DNA of 43,422 nucleotides from Flavobacteriales bacterium (GCA_046289975.1 JBKBUQ010000004.1:1-43422), one strand, 5' to 3'. Counted from the stretch's first letter, positions 9,344-19,744 are shown. The notes: generated by a model from the letters alone, not told the origin. A program made the numbers and translations.

Positions 9344-9841
9344 TTATTTAAAAATACCTCCTACAAAAGCTTTGAATGAATCGCCACGGTGACGGTAATC
9401 ATCAAAAAGTGAAAAACTGGTACACCCCGGGGAAAACACCACTACCCCTCCGGTTTTTGTGAGTGATTTTGATTGTGAAACGGCATCCTGAAGATCATTT
9501 GCCCTTATAAAATGATCGACATTCTGGCCAATTGAATTCCTGATCAACTCTTCGCTGCCTGTACCAAACACCACAAGTGAAACAACTTTGTATTTCACTA
9601 CATCGTACAGACAAGAATAATCCTCATGTGTATCGGAGATCTGCATGATCAGCGTAACAGGTTTTTCAATTTGCATTAATGTTTCTTCCACCGCACGTGG
9701 GTCTGTTGCTTTGGAATCGCTGATGTATTCTACACCATCAATAATTGCAACAGACTCGTTACGGTGTTCAATTAACGAAACACCTTTAGAGCGGACATCC
9801 AGCCAGCTCCCTGTTCGGGTTTGTGTTGAACGTTTTTCCAT
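9344..9841 (-). CDS. Stand-alone Mur ligase C-terminal (MurD domain 3, D-Glu-binding-like) protein
   Basis: 165 aa, colinear with the last ~140 aa of the adjacent MurD: EHR, DSKAT, KP, DYS, SPGCTSF-LF--Y--RG--FK. No ATPase or UDP-binding domains. Fills the murD-ftsW gap (10 nt after the murD stop; abuts the ftsW start). Confidence 0.88.
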   Translation of the reverse strand: MEKRSTQTRTGSWLDVRSKGVSLIEHRNESVAIIDGVEYISDSKATDPRAVEETLMQIEKPVTLIMQISDTHEDYSCLYDVVKYKVVSLVVFGTGSEELIRNSIGQNVDHFIRANDLQDAVSQSKSLTKTGGVVVFSPGCTSFSLFDDYRHRGDSFKAFVGGIFK

Positions 9842-9851
9842 AACGGAAGTA

Positions 9852-11195
9852 TTAAAGTGCCTTTACAGCTTGTTTAAATTTTTGTCCTCGCTCTTCGTAA
9901 TTCTCGAAAAGATCAAACGATGCGCAACTTGGTGAAAGAAGTACAACCTGATCTTTTTTCGCAAGACGATAAGAAAGCGCTACAGCTTCATCGGCAGATT
10001 TCGCTTCGACAATGGTTTGAACCTTACCGGAAAAATGCGAAACGATCTTGCTGTTATCCGTTCCCAGACAAACAATCGCCTGTACTTTTTGCTGCACGAG
10101 TTCATCAAGCATCGAATAATCGTTGCCTTTATCAACTCCACCTACGATCCATACGATAGGTTTATTGATAGATTCGAGCGCATACCAGGTACTGTTTACG
10201 TTGGTTGCTTTGGAGTCGTTTATGAATTCGATTCCATGCACCCGCGTAACAAACTCGAGGCGATGTTCTACATTCTGGAAATCCATCAGACATTCGCGGA
10301 TGGTTTCCTTGCGGATCTCGAGCAACCTCGCGGCAATACCGGAGGCCATCGAGTTGTAAGTGTTGTGCTTACCTTGAAGGGCCAGATCAAAAATTGACAT
10401 AGTTTGTGTGGTGTTGTTTGTGGTTATATTGATGGTGTTTGTTTCATAATCTGCATATGCGCCTTCTTCAATTTTCTTTGAATTGCTAAAGGGATACATA
10501 CGGGCATTCACTGTTCTAACTGATAATCCTTCATTGGTAATTGGATCATCAGCGCAATAGATGAATGCATCTTCTTTGGTTTGATTTTGAAGAATTCTGA
10601 ATTTTGAATTCACATAATTCTCCAGTTTGTATTCGTACCGATCGAGATGATCAGGTGTAATATTGGTAAGAATGGCAATGTTTGCTCTGAATGAATACAT
10701 GTTATCAAGTTGAAAACTGCTCAACTCCAAAACATAATGATCATGATCATTTTCAGCAACCTGCAAAGCAAAACTTTGTCCAACATTTCCTGCCAATCCA
10801 ACATTTAATCCGGCGCGTTTTAAAATATGGTAGGTCAAAAGCGTAGTTGTTGTTTTTCCATTTGATCCCGTTATACAAATCATTTTTGCGTTTGTATAGC
10901 GACTGGCAAATTCAATTTCCGACAACACAGGAATATCTTTTTCTTTCAACTTCTGAACGATGGGTGCCTTATCAGGTATACCCGGACTTTTTATCACTTC
11001 ATCAGCGTTCAGAATCAATTCTTCGGTATGCGTATTCTCTTCCCACTTCACATGATGTGCATCCATCAGTGTTTTGTAGCGGGATTTTATTGTACCCTTA
11101 TCCGAAACAAAGACATCATAGCCCTGCTTTAAACCAAGAATTGCAGATCCTGCTCCGCTTTCACCGGCACCTAATATGACGAGTCTCTTCTTCAA
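9852..11195 (-). CDS. murD: UDP-N-acetylmuramoyl-L-alanine--D-glutamate ligase
   Basis: [56 protein letters not shown] start overlaps the mraY TGA. Confidence 0.98.
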   Translation of the reverse strand: MKKRLVILGAGESGAGSAILGLKQGYDVFVSDKGTIKSRYKTLMDAHHVKWEENTHTEELILNADEVIKSPGIPDKAPIVQKLKEKDIPVLSEIEFASRYTNAKMICITGSNGKTTTTLLTYHILKRAGLNVGLAGNVGQSFALQVAENDHDHYVLELSSFQLDNMYSFRANIAILTNITPDHLDRYEYKLENYVNSKFRILQNQTKEDAFIYCADDPITNEGLSVRTVNARMYPFSNSKKIEEGAYADYETNTINITTNNTTQTMSIFDLALQGKHNTYNSMASGIAARLLEIRKETIRECLMDFQNVEHRLEFVTRVHGIEFINDSKATNVNSTWYALESINKPIVWIVGGVDKGNDYSMLDELVQQKVQAIVCLGTDNSKIVSHFSGKVQTIVEAKSADEAVALSYRLAKKDQVVLLSPSCASFDLFENYEERGQKFKQAVKAL

Positions 11196-12433
11196 CGAAG
11201 TTTAAGTGTTACAATAGAAACAACTGCCAGCATGATTCCAACGATCCAAAAACGGGCAACAATTTTCGATTCATGCATTCCTTTTTTCTGGTAATGGTGA
11301 TGCAGAGGAGACATCAAAAAGATGCGTCGTCCCTCACCGTATTTCTTCCGGGTATACTTGAAATACGACACCTGCATCATCACGGAAAGATTTTCAATCA
11401 GAAAAACTCCACAGAAAATTGGGATCAGTAATTCTTTCCTGATTGCAATCGAAAATACAGCAATGATTCCCCCAAGCGCGAGCGATCCGGTATCACCCAT
11501 AAACACTTGCGCGGGATAGGCGTTGTACCAAAGAAATCCGATACAGGCACCAACAAATGCAGCAATAAAAACAACAAGCTCTCCCGAATCCGGGATGTAC
11601 ATGATGTTGAGATAATCGGCAAATGCAAGGTTACCCGACAAGTAGGCGAAAATTGCAAGCACTGTTCCTATTATCGCTGATGTTCCGGTTGCAAGTCCAT
11701 CCAGTCCATCTGTAATATTTGCACCATTCGACACTGCGGTAACAATAACGATTACAATCAGCACGAATAAAACCATAGTGAGTATTGTACCTGAACCTGA
11801 AATCCAGGAATAATCGAATTCATTGTTTTTTACAAATGGAATTGTGGTTTTCAGGGAGCGGGTTTCTTTCCAAACATAATTCGCATCACTACAAGGAATC
11901 AAGTCGCCTTCTTCTGTAACAATTTCGTAGGTCTTATCCGGATCGATCGCCACTTTCTCCTTGATCTTTACATCCTGATGAAAATAAAGTGTGAAACCAA
12001 CGATTAATCCGATTCCCAACTGACCAAGTATTTTAAACTTACCTGCTAGTCCCTTTTTATCCTTCTTAAAAACCTTAATGTAATCATCAATAAAACCGAT
12101 TGTCCCCAGCCATACGGTAGAAACGATCATCAGTATCACGTAAATATTCTGAAGTTTGGCGAACAACAAGGTTGGAATAAGAATAGCCATCAAAATGATA
12201 ATCCCACCCATAGTTGGAGTTCCCTTCTTCTCCATTTGCCCTTGTAAACCAAGATCACGGATCGTTTCACCTACTTGTTTATACTGCAGGAAATTGATCA
12301 ACCGCTTACCAAAAAGCATGGAGATAATAAGTGAAGTGATGATTGCCATCGCTGCACGAAATGAGATGTAGTGGAACACTCCCGCTCCGGGGAAATCCAT
12401 TTCATCGAGGTAACTGAACAAGTAGTATAACAT
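11192..12433 (-). CDS. mraY: Phospho-N-acetylmuramoyl-pentapeptide transferase
   Basis: [40 protein letters not shown]. Confidence 0.99.
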   Translation of the reverse strand: MLYYLFSYLDEMDFPGAGVFHYISFRAAMAIITSLIISMLFGKRLINFLQYKQVGETIRDLGLQGQMEKKGTPTMGGIIILMAILIPTLLFAKLQNIYVILMIVSTVWLGTIGFIDDYIKVFKKDKKGLAGKFKILGQLGIGLIVGFTLYFHQDVKIKEKVAIDPDKTYEIVTEEGDLIPCSDANYVWKETRSLKTTIPFVKNNEFDYSWISGSGTILTMVLFVLIVIVIVTAVSNGANITDGLDGLATGTSAIIGTVLAIFAYLSGNLAFADYLNIMYIPDSGELVVFIAAFVGACIGFLWYNAYPAQVFMGDTGSLALGGIIAVFSIAIRKELLIPIFCGVFLIENLSVMMQVSYFKYTRKKYGEGRRIFLMSPLHHHYQKKGMHESKIVARFWIVGIMLAVVSIVTLKLR

Positions 12434-13896
12434 CAGCTTCCAATGAGTTTAAAACAGTTTTGTACTTCTTCGAGATCATCGAAATGTTGTCGTTCTCCTT
12501 TGATCTCCTGGTATTTTTCATGACCCTTTCCGGCAATAAGTAAAATATCCCCCGGCTGTGCCATCATACATGCTGCACGAATTGCTTCACGACGGTTGGT
12601 AATGGACATCACTTTTCGGGTTTGATCCGATTCCACACCATTCATCATATCCATGATAATTGCTTCCGGTTCTTCACTGCGGGGATTATCGGATGTAATA
12701 ATTACTTTATCACTCAGCTCGCAGGCAATTCCCGCCATTAACGGACGCTTTCCCTTATCACGATCGCCACCACAACCTACAACCGTAATCACCATTTCGT
12801 TTCCGGTACGTATATCGCGAATGGTATTCAATACATTCTTCAAAGCATCTGGTGTATGCGCATAATCCACAATGGCCGTTATGTCGTTGCTCGATTTCAC
12901 ATATTGAAATCTTCCTTCGGGTGCATTGAGTGTACTTATCTGGGTTAAAACGGTTAAATCATCCTGACCCAACAATCGCGCAACAGTATAAACAGCAAGA
13001 ATGTTATAGGCATTAAAACTTCCAATCAGTTTTGTCCAGAGATCTTTTCCATCGATGTTCAGCTGCAATCCACTAAACTGATTTTCCACAACCTTTGCGC
13101 GAAAATCGGCCATACTTTTTACAGCATATGTTCTTACCCTTGCTTTGGTGTCTTTCACCATTTCTTCTCCGTGGTAATCGTCTTTATTTACCAAGGCAAA
13201 AGCATCAGCGCTCAGCATATCAAAAAAGCCCTTTTTCGCTTTTAGGTATTCATCAAAAGTTCCATGATAATCGAGATGATCATGAGTTATATTGGTAAAT
13301 ACAGCTCCGGCAAAACGAACACCGCCAATTCGTTTCTGATGAACGGCATGTGAACTCACTTCCATAAAGCAATACGTACAACCTGCATCCACCATATCAC
13401 GCAACAAAGCATTTAACTCAATTGCATTGGGTGTGGTATGGGTTGCTGTAACCGTTTCATTATGGATGCGATTTACTACAGTAGAAAGTAAACCGGTTTT
13501 AAAACCCATTCGCTTAAACAAACTGTACAAAAGCGTAACAGTTGTCGTTTTTCCGTTAGTACCGGTAACACCAATCAGTTTCAGTTTTTCCGAAGGATGG
13601 TCGTAGAATTCCGCAGCCATTACCCCAAGAGAAGCAGCAGCGTCGTTCACGCGAACATAAGTTACATGCGGGTGACGCTCAGACGGAGTCTGTTCGCAGA
13701 TAATGCAATCTGCTCCCAGCTCAATTGCCTTATTTATGAAATCATGTCCATCCGATTGCAAACCTTTAATGGCTACAAACATCCAATTGGGTCGAACCTT
13801 TCTTGAGTCGAGCGTAATTCCCTCTACAGCAATATTGGTTGAGCCCTCTACCTCAAGGATGCGCACACTGTATAATATGTCGCGTAATAACTTCAT
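12433..13896 (-). CDS. murE: UDP-MurNAc-tripeptide synthetase (meso-DAP type)
   Basis: [34 protein letters not shown] (meso-DAP specificity motif), AGKGHE. Confidence 0.98.
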   Translation of the reverse strand: MKLLRDILYSVRILEVEGSTNIAVEGITLDSRKVRPNWMFVAIKGLQSDGHDFINKAIELGADCIICEQTPSERHPHVTYVRVNDAAASLGVMAAEFYDHPSEKLKLIGVTGTNGKTTTVTLLYSLFKRMGFKTGLLSTVVNRIHNETVTATHTTPNAIELNALLRDMVDAGCTYCFMEVSSHAVHQKRIGGVRFAGAVFTNITHDHLDYHGTFDEYLKAKKGFFDMLSADAFALVNKDDYHGEEMVKDTKARVRTYAVKSMADFRAKVVENQFSGLQLNIDGKDLWTKLIGSFNAYNILAVYTVARLLGQDDLTVLTQISTLNAPEGRFQYVKSSNDITAIVDYAHTPDALKNVLNTIRDIRTGNEMVITVVGCGGDRDKGKRPLMAGIACELSDKVIITSDNPRSEEPEAIIMDMMNGVESDQTRKVMSITNRREAIRAACMMAQPGDILLIAGKGHEKYQEIKGERQHFDDLEEVQNCFKLIGS

Positions 13897-16019
13897 TACA
13901 TCAACTCAATCTCAATTGTTTCACCTTGTTGAATTGCCTTTCCTTCGGGAAGTGACTGGCGTTTTACTTTTCCACTTCCTTTTACTTTTACCACCAGACC
14001 TCTGTTTTCCAATAGGAAAAGCGCATCTTTTAATCCCATTCCAATTACGGTTGGAACTTTATTTTCCGCAATTTCTTTTTTCTGCAATACAATTCGCTTT
14101 TCACCATCAGCGATGGGACGCACCCATTCTGCACCTTCATCCCCGGTTGAAGAAGCAATTTTCAGTGTCTTGAATATTTCGGTCAGGTCTTTTTGATGGG
14201 CAGCCTTACTTACAGGTAATTCGTTTGAGGCCATAAGAGATTCACGCTCCCTCTCACTTACTTCGAGTGAACGTGCATACATTTTATCTGCAATTTCCTT
14301 AAACACATTTCCAGCTACTGCATTACCGTAGTAGCCTGTCAGTACATTGGGTTCCATTACCCACACAATACAACTATACCGTGGTGCATCAGCAGGAAAA
14401 TACCCAACAAATGATGCGAGGTATTTTTCTTTGTTGTATGCTCCCTTACTATGTATCTGAGCAGTTCCTGTTTTTCCTGCAATAGAAAAATTTGCTGCTT
14501 TTAAATTCATTGCTGTACCGGTATCAACCACACCTTCCAGCATAGGTCGAATCATATTCAGTGTTTTCTCACTGCAGATTTTTTCCTTCATTACGATAGG
14601 CTTGTACTTCTTCACAATTTTTCCGTTGCGACGGATATCCTGTACAAACTGCGGCTTAACCATCATTCCGTTATTGGCAATGGCATTATAAAAAGTGAGA
14701 ATTTGAATGGGAGCAAGTTTAGATTCATATCCAATAGCCATCATTGGCAAGGTTACACCCGACCATTCATTTCTATTGGAAGGATCTTTTAAATAAGGTT
14801 TTGCCTCACCTGCGATATCAAGACCAAGCAGTTCTCCAATCCCCAACTTCTTTAGCCCTTCAATAAACCGTTTCGGATCGCGACCGTATGCTTCCACGAT
14901 AGGCTTGGAACAACCGATATTGGAGGAGACCTCAAGCGCATGTTTAATTGTAATTGTCCCATGCGGTTTGGTGTCCTTCATTTTAATATTGTAGTAACTG
15001 TATTCTCCCTTGCCTGTTTTAACGGAATCGAAAGGCTTGAACATTCCGTCCTCGAAACCGACCATGAGCGAAGCGGTTTTAAACGTTGAACCGGGCTCAA
15101 TTGCTGTTCCGATGGCATGATTGAAATGTTCGTAATACTGGCCGTCTTCACCAATGGAAAGATTTGCCATGGCTTTAACCATTCCGGTTTCTACTTCCAT
15201 CAATACAACACAACCACTTTTGGCCTCGTATTTTTGAAGCTGACTTAATAGCGCATTTTCAGCAACGTCCTGAATGTTGATATCTATACTTGTAAAAACA
15301 TCTGCACCGTCGACCGGATTTACTTCGTAATTATCAGAAACCGGACGCCATTGCAACCCTACTTTTTTCATGAGTTGCTTTCCGTCTGTTCCGCTTAACT
15401 CTTTCGAAAACGCTCCTTCCAATCCGATGCGGGAAATGAATTGCGGATTATCGGGATCGGGACGCTCGTAACCAATGAGTCGTGCGGCGAGTAAACCGTA
15501 GGGACGACTTCTCTTGTTTTCTTTTACTACAATTAATCCACCTTTGTTTTTTCCCAATTTGAAAATGGGAAATTTTTTCATCGCCTGCAGTTCGGGATGC
15601 TTAACCTTTGCTCTGACCAGGTAATAACGGTTTCCGTTCTTTCTTGCTTCGATAAGATCCTGGTAAAAACGCGCTTTGGGTTTATCCGAAAACAAACGGG
15701 AAAGTTTGTAAGCCAGCGAATCCACATTATCGAAGAAGATTTCATCTGTTAAGCCATCAGCTCCCATATCCATGCGCACTTCATAAACCGGGATTGAAGT
15801 GGCAAGCAGACTTCCGTTGTCGGAATAAATATTTCCGCGTACTGCTTCAATGGTTCGCAAATCGGTAAGCAATTCCTCAGGCTGACCAATTACAGAAACG
15901 GTATCCATTTGAATGCGGAAAACCTTTACCACAACAACCAGCGCAAAAACGCAAAGCACAAGATAAACCAGGTACATCCTCCGCATCATGTCTTTTCTAT
16001 CGTCGCTTTTTTCTTTCAC
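13896..16019 (-). CDS. ftsI: Class B PBP (FtsI/PBP3) with C-terminal PASTA domain
   Basis: RGNIYS, GLEG, EPGSTFK (SxxK), SSN (SxN), KTGTAQ; C-terminal VPTVIGM..KDA...LE..GL PASTA domain. Confidence 0.96.
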   Translation of the reverse strand: MKEKSDDRKDMMRRMYLVYLVLCVFALVVVVKVFRIQMDTVSVIGQPEELLTDLRTIEAVRGNIYSDNGSLLATSIPVYEVRMDMGADGLTDEIFFDNVDSLAYKLSRLFSDKPKARFYQDLIEARKNGNRYYLVRAKVKHPELQAMKKFPIFKLGKNKGGLIVVKENKRSRPYGLLAARLIGYERPDPDNPQFISRIGLEGAFSKELSGTDGKQLMKKVGLQWRPVSDNYEVNPVDGADVFTSIDINIQDVAENALLSQLQKYEAKSGCVVLMEVETGMVKAMANLSIGEDGQYYEHFNHAIGTAIEPGSTFKTASLMVGFEDGMFKPFDSVKTGKGEYSYYNIKMKDTKPHGTITIKHALEVSSNIGCSKPIVEAYGRDPKRFIEGLKKLGIGELLGLDIAGEAKPYLKDPSNRNEWSGVTLPMMAIGYESKLAPIQILTFYNAIANNGMMVKPQFVQDIRRNGKIVKKYKPIVMKEKICSEKTLNMIRPMLEGVVDTGTAMNLKAANFSIAGKTGTAQIHSKGAYNKEKYLASFVGYFPADAPRYSCIVWVMEPNVLTGYYGNAVAGNVFKEIADKMYARSLEVSERERESLMASNELPVSKAAHQKDLTEIFKTLKIASSTGDEGAEWVRPIADGEKRIVLQKKEIAENKVPTVIGMGLKDALFLLENRGLVVKVKGSGKVKRQSLPEGKAIQQGETIEIELM

Positions 16020-16023
16020 TTGT

Positions 16024-16419
16024 TCAGTAAATGGTTTTCAATTGATTTTCAGGAACACGTATTACTCTTGGCGATTCATCCTTCATTTCAAATAGCCCTA
16101 TTGAAGCAGTTGAATCAGCGATCTGAGATTGTCGGCTGATAAGATTGAGTTCTGTTTTTACACTGATGTATTCAGAATTCAGCTCCACGAGTTCACTTTC
16201 AATTCTTTCTATGCGACGGGCATTTTTATCGGTTGTGTACCCCATTGCGATGTACACCAGCATTAGCACAGTGAGAAAAAAGAAAAACGGAAGGTTGTTG
16301 ACCCCATAATCACGGGTGAGAACCTTTCCATTAAGCACGTCGCGAAAGGAACGCACAACACGAGGCTCTTTACGGGCCTTTTTGGTGCTTTCTTTTTTTG
16401 CGACTTTGTACTTGTTCAT
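16024..16419 (-). CDS. ftsL: FtsL-like cell division protein
   Basis: Basic N-terminus, single TM helix, coiled coil; lies between rsmH and ftsI. Confidence 0.85.
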   Translation of the reverse strand: MNKYKVAKKESTKKARKEPRVVRSFRDVLNGKVLTRDYGVNNLPFFFFLTVLMLVYIAMGYTTDKNARRIERIESELVELNSEYISVKTELNLISRQSQIADSTASIGLFEMKDESPRVIRVPENQLKTIY

Positions 16420-17327
16420 ATTTCTTTCTTTTCTGCTATGCGGAGTTTTGCACTTCTTGATCTTGGGTTCTCTTCTTGCTCTGCTGTATCGGGTATGATG
16501 GGTTTGCGTGTGATCTCGTTAAATGGTGTGAGTGGACGTCCGTAAAAATCCTTGTGCAACTCTCCTTCAAGATTTCCGGTGCGCATAAAATTTTTCACCA
16601 GTCGATCTTCAAGCGAGTGATAAGCGATTACCACCAATCGTCCGCCCGGAGCAAGTGCTTTTAAACTTTGCTCCAGAAACTCACGCAGTACTCGCATTTC
16701 GTCATTGACTTCAATCCGGATTGCCTGAAAAACTTTAGCCTGGTATTGTTTTACTTTTTTAGGCGATGCAGCACGATCGATGATGGAAAGCAAGTCTCCG
16801 GTGGTAGTAATTGGATTCTGTTTTCTTCTTTCGGTGATGTAGTGCACCAACCGTCCGGCTTGTTCAACTTCTCCGTATTCACGCAAAATGGTTTTCAAAC
16901 GATTTTCATCGTAGTGATTGATCACCTCTTGCGCATCGGGATGTGAGTTTTGATCCATCCGCATATCGAGAGGAGCATCAAAGCGCAAGGAAAACCCTCG
17001 AGTCGGATCATCAAATTGATGCGATGAAACTCCCAGATCAGCAAGAATTCCGTTTACCGGAACAGCATTGCATTCTTCGATTGAAGAGAGCATTTGCGAA
17101 AAATTCCTTGGGATGAAACTTACACGTTCATCATCCGGAACATTTGCCTTGGCATCAGGATCCTGGTCAAAAGCGATGAGTCGGCCTCCCTGAAGTTGAT
17201 TCAGGATTAAACGGGAATGACCGCCACCTCCAAAGGTGACATCCACATAAATTCCGTCGGGTTGAAGATTGAGCCCCTTAACAGCAGCATGTAAAAGAAC
17301 AGGGATGTGGTAGCTGTTACTGGCCAT
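16416..17327 (-). CDS. rsmH: 16S rRNA C1402 N4-methyltransferase RsmH (MraW)
   Basis: YHIPVLL, DVTFGGGGHS, DLGVSSHQFD, LDMRMD, FQAIRIEVN, YHSLEDR, NPRSRSAKLR. Start re-called at 17327. Confidence 0.98.
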   Translation of the reverse strand: MASNSYHIPVLLHAAVKGLNLQPDGIYVDVTFGGGGHSRLILNQLQGGRLIAFDQDPDAKANVPDDERVSFIPRNFSQMLSSIEECNAVPVNGILADLGVSSHQFDDPTRGFSLRFDAPLDMRMDQNSHPDAQEVINHYDENRLKTILREYGEVEQAGRLVHYITERRKQNPITTTGDLLSIIDRAASPKKVKQYQAKVFQAIRIEVNDEMRVLREFLEQSLKALAPGGRLVVIAYHSLEDRLVKNFMRTGNLEGELHKDFYGRPLTPFNEITRKPIIPDTAEQEENPRSRSAKLRIAEKKEI

Positions 17328-17784
17328 CCTCTTCTCCAAGATTGCCAAGTAACTTTTCGGCAAGCATGGAGAATTCCGCCAATCCTTCCTTCATCTCCTG
17401 TTCATATTTCGATCTGTCCCATAGCTCCACCCGATCAAAAGCTCCCACCACAGTGAGTTCTTTTTTGATACCGGCGTACTGCATGAGATTCTGCGGCAGA
17501 AGTAATCTTCCACTCGAATCGATCGAAACGGGAACCGCCCCATTACGGAACTGTCTAAGCAGACGTCGCCCCTCTTCCGTGAACTGGTTGACTTTTTTCG
17601 TCACCCTGCTCATCAGATTTTCCCACTCCTTCATGGTATACAGATTAAGCTGCTGCTCGAAACCACGGTTAACCACGAACGTGTCGTGATCCGTAGGCTC
17701 GAGCTGCTTCTTGATACCCGCAGGAAGGACAAACCTTCCCTTGTCATCAAGCTTAACCTCATATTCTCCAATGAATCCTGCCAT
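17317..17784 (-). CDS. mraZ: Transcriptional repressor MraZ
   Basis: Two DxxGR repeats (DDKGRFVLP, DSSGRLLLP); first gene of the dcw cluster. Confidence 0.97.
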   Translation of the reverse strand: MAGFIGEYEVKLDDKGRFVLPAGIKKQLEPTDHDTFVVNRGFEQQLNLYTMKEWENLMSRVTKKVNQFTEEGRRLLRQFRNGAVPVSIDSSGRLLLPQNLMQYAGIKKELTVVGAFDRVELWDRSKYEQEMKEGLAEFSMLAEKLLGNLGEEDGQ

Positions 17785-17823
17785 AACAGCTTACCACCAA
17801 TAAGGCGTAAAAATAATTAAAGT

Positions 17824-17850
17824 CTCCCACTTCACTCCACTTACTCCCAC
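17824..17850 (-). promoter_or_regulatory. MraZ operator: three GTGG(G)AG repeats at 10-bp period
   Basis: The minus strand reads GTGGGAG-TAA-GTGGAG-TGAA-GTGGGAG, 40-66 nt upstream of mraZ, matching the known GTGG/TGGG 10-bp-spaced MraZ binding repeats. Confidence 0.8.
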
Positions 17851-17882
17851 AATGTTGATAAGTTTCTACGAAATAAGGTTTG

Positions 17883-17890
17883 CGAAGTTA
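17883..17890 (-). promoter_or_regulatory. Candidate dcw promoter -7 element (TAACTTCG, variant of TAnnTTTG)
   Basis: One mismatch to the Bacteroidota sigma70 consensus, immediately upstream of the MraZ repeats. Confidence 0.5.
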
Positions 17891-18014
17891 CAATTTCTTC
17901 TGATTTATCCAATAAAATCAAAGAAAATACCTAGTGGGAGAAAGTGGGGATTATGAACAAAACTACTCCCACAACGGAGTGTTGATACATCCGACAAAAA
18001 TTGCAGGCTTTTAT

Positions 18015-18022
18015 TAACTTTG
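18015..18022 (+). promoter_or_regulatory. Bacteroidota sigma70 -7 element TAACTTTG
   Basis: Perfect TAnnTTTG about 25 nt before the hydrolase ATG at 18047. Confidence 0.65.
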
Positions 18023-18046
18023 AACCTACACCAATGCTTAGCGGAT

Positions 18047-18808
18047 ATGTCACAACAAGTGATCCAAGAGGGAGAATTTGAATACATCGAAAAAGGTGAA
18101 GGTCAGACACTTGTACTGCTTCACGGGCTTTTCGGAGGGCTCAGTAATTTCGATGACGTGATCAATCATTTCTCACCTCATTGCAGGGTTATTGTCCCTC
18201 AATTACCCATTTACAACCTTCCCATCCTCAACACCAACATCAGTGCCTTATCGAAATTTATCCTGCGCTTTCTGGATCATAAAAAGCTGGAAAAAGTAAC
18301 ACTGCTCGGCAATTCTTTAGGCGGACATGTGGGATTGGTATTCACCAAAGAGAATCCTGACCGCGTTGAGCGCCTCATACTTACCGGCAGTTCAGGATTA
18401 TATGAAAACGCATTTGGGGGATCTACACCTAGAAAAGGCGACAAGGAATATATCAGAAACAAAGTATCCCTTACGTTTTACGACCCCAAGCATGCAACTG
18501 ACGAAATTGTTGATGAGTGTTACGGGATACTTTCCGATAAGACGAAACTGATCAGAATTTTATCGCTTGCAAAATCAGCGATTCGTCACAATATGGCGGC
18601 AGATCTGCCAAGCTTAACACTGCCCACTTGCCTGGTGTGGGGTAAACAAGACACCATAACTCCGCCTGAGGTAGCAGAAGAATTTAAACGTCTGATGCCA
18701 AACGCAGAACTTTTTTGGATCGACAAATGTGGTCATGCCCCAATGATGGAGCACCCTGAAGAATTCAACAGGATTGTGAAAGACTGGCTGGGGAAATTCG
18801 GAATCTGA
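18047..18808 (+). CDS. Alpha/beta-fold hydrolase
   Basis: LLHGLFG oxyanion motif, GNSLGG nucleophile elbow, WGKQD, CGHAP catalytic His. Start re-called at 18047. Confidence 0.92.
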   Translation: MSQQVIQEGEFEYIEKGEGQTLVLLHGLFGGLSNFDDVINHFSPHCRVIVPQLPIYNLPILNTNISALSKFILRFLDHKKLEKVTLLGNSLGGHVGLVFTKENPDRVERLILTGSSGLYENAFGGSTPRKGDKEYIRNKVSLTFYDPKHATDEIVDECYGILSDKTKLIRILSLAKSAIRHNMAADLPSLTLPTCLVWGKQDTITPPEVAEEFKRLMPNAELFWIDKCGHAPMMEHPEEFNRIVKDWLGKFGI

Positions 18809-18809
18809 A

Positions 18810-19406
18810 GTGGAAATCCGCAGCGCAGAATTTGTAAGCAGTTATGTAAAGCTCAACCAGCTTCCACGACCTGAAAAGCCGGAATATGCTTTTATCGGAA
18901 GGTCGAATGTGGGAAAAAGTTCCCTCATCAATATGCTTACAGGTAGAAAATACCTCGCTAAAATATCTTCAACACCCGGAAAAACACAAACCATCAACCA
19001 CTTTATCATTAACAACGAATGGTACCTGGTAGATCTTCCCGGATTTGGCTATGCAAAAACATCAAAAACGTTGCGGGCACTTTGGAAAGGATTCACCTTT
19101 GATTACCTGAAACAAAGAGAGAATCTGCTATGTGTATGTGTTCTTCTCGACTCAAGACTTGAACCGCAGAAAATCGATTTGGAATTCATGGAATGGCTGG
19201 GAAAAAATGGAATTCCCTTTGTGATGGTATTTACCAAGGCCGACAAAAACACAAAGAGGGAACTGGCAAAAAACCTTGAAAATTACCAGCGAAAAATGCT
19301 CGAAACATGGGAGTTTCTTCCGCAGATATTTGTCACCTCTGCCGAGAAACAAACGGGCAAGGAAGAGCTGCTTGCATTCTTTGATGAAGTGAACGAGCGT
19401 TTTTAA
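18810..19406 (+). CDS. engB: GTP-binding protein EngB/YihA/YsxC
   Basis: GRSNVGKSS, PGKTQ, DLPGFGYAK, TKADK, TSA G-motifs. Confidence 0.97.
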   Translation: MEIRSAEFVSSYVKLNQLPRPEKPEYAFIGRSNVGKSSLINMLTGRKYLAKISSTPGKTQTINHFIINNEWYLVDLPGFGYAKTSKTLRALWKGFTFDYLKQRENLLCVCVLLDSRLEPQKIDLEFMEWLGKNGIPFVMVFTKADKNTKRELAKNLENYQRKMLETWEFLPQIFVTSAEKQTGKEELLAFFDEVNERF

Positions 19407-19408
19407 AA

Positions 19409-19744
19409 TTACTGCTCCAGCAGTTTTAGCTTTTCGGCAAAATAAAAACAGAAATCACGCATATCACCTGCCATCTTTTCTTCACCGGTAGCTCGCTCAA
19501 GCGTATCTGCCATTGTTAAAAGGGTTTGGTGAAAAAACTGTTTCATTTCATCGGTAGTCATCTCCTTTGTCCAGAGATCCATTCGTAGTGTATTTTTTTC
19601 CTTTTCGTCCCAAAGCGCGAGCATTAGTGCTTTTGCAGGACTATTCTCCATCCCTGTATCGGTAGCGGTCCATTTCATATCTACAGGAATATGATTTTCA
19701 TCCAGACTAACAGCAATATTGATTTCGGTTGTTTTGGCACTCAT
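19409..19744 (-). CDS. gldC: Gliding motility protein GldC
   Basis: LDENHIP, LRMDLWTKEM..DEMKQFFHQTL, DMRDFC.YFAEK; directly downstream of gldB. Confidence 0.95.
   Translation of the reverse strand: MSAKTTEINIAVSLDENHIPVDMKWTATDTGMENSPAKALMLALWDEKEKNTLRMDLWTKEMTTDEMKQFFHQTLLTMADTLERATGEEKMAGDMRDFCFYFAEKLKLLEQ

Noticed and set aside
9344-16019. Absence of murF and ddl from the dcw cluster
   Set aside because: Normal for Bacteroidota, where these genes lie elsewhere. The stand-alone domain resembles MurD, not MurF.
1211-17784. Many plus-strand 60-184 aa ORFs antisense to dcw genes
   Set aside because: No recognisable motifs; expected antisense shadows of conserved coding sequence.
17785-18046. 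Possible oriC because of DnaA-box-like 9-mers
   Set aside because: Only a few imperfect boxes in ~260 bp, no clear unwinding element, and no skew analysis possible; a regulatory role is more parsimonious.
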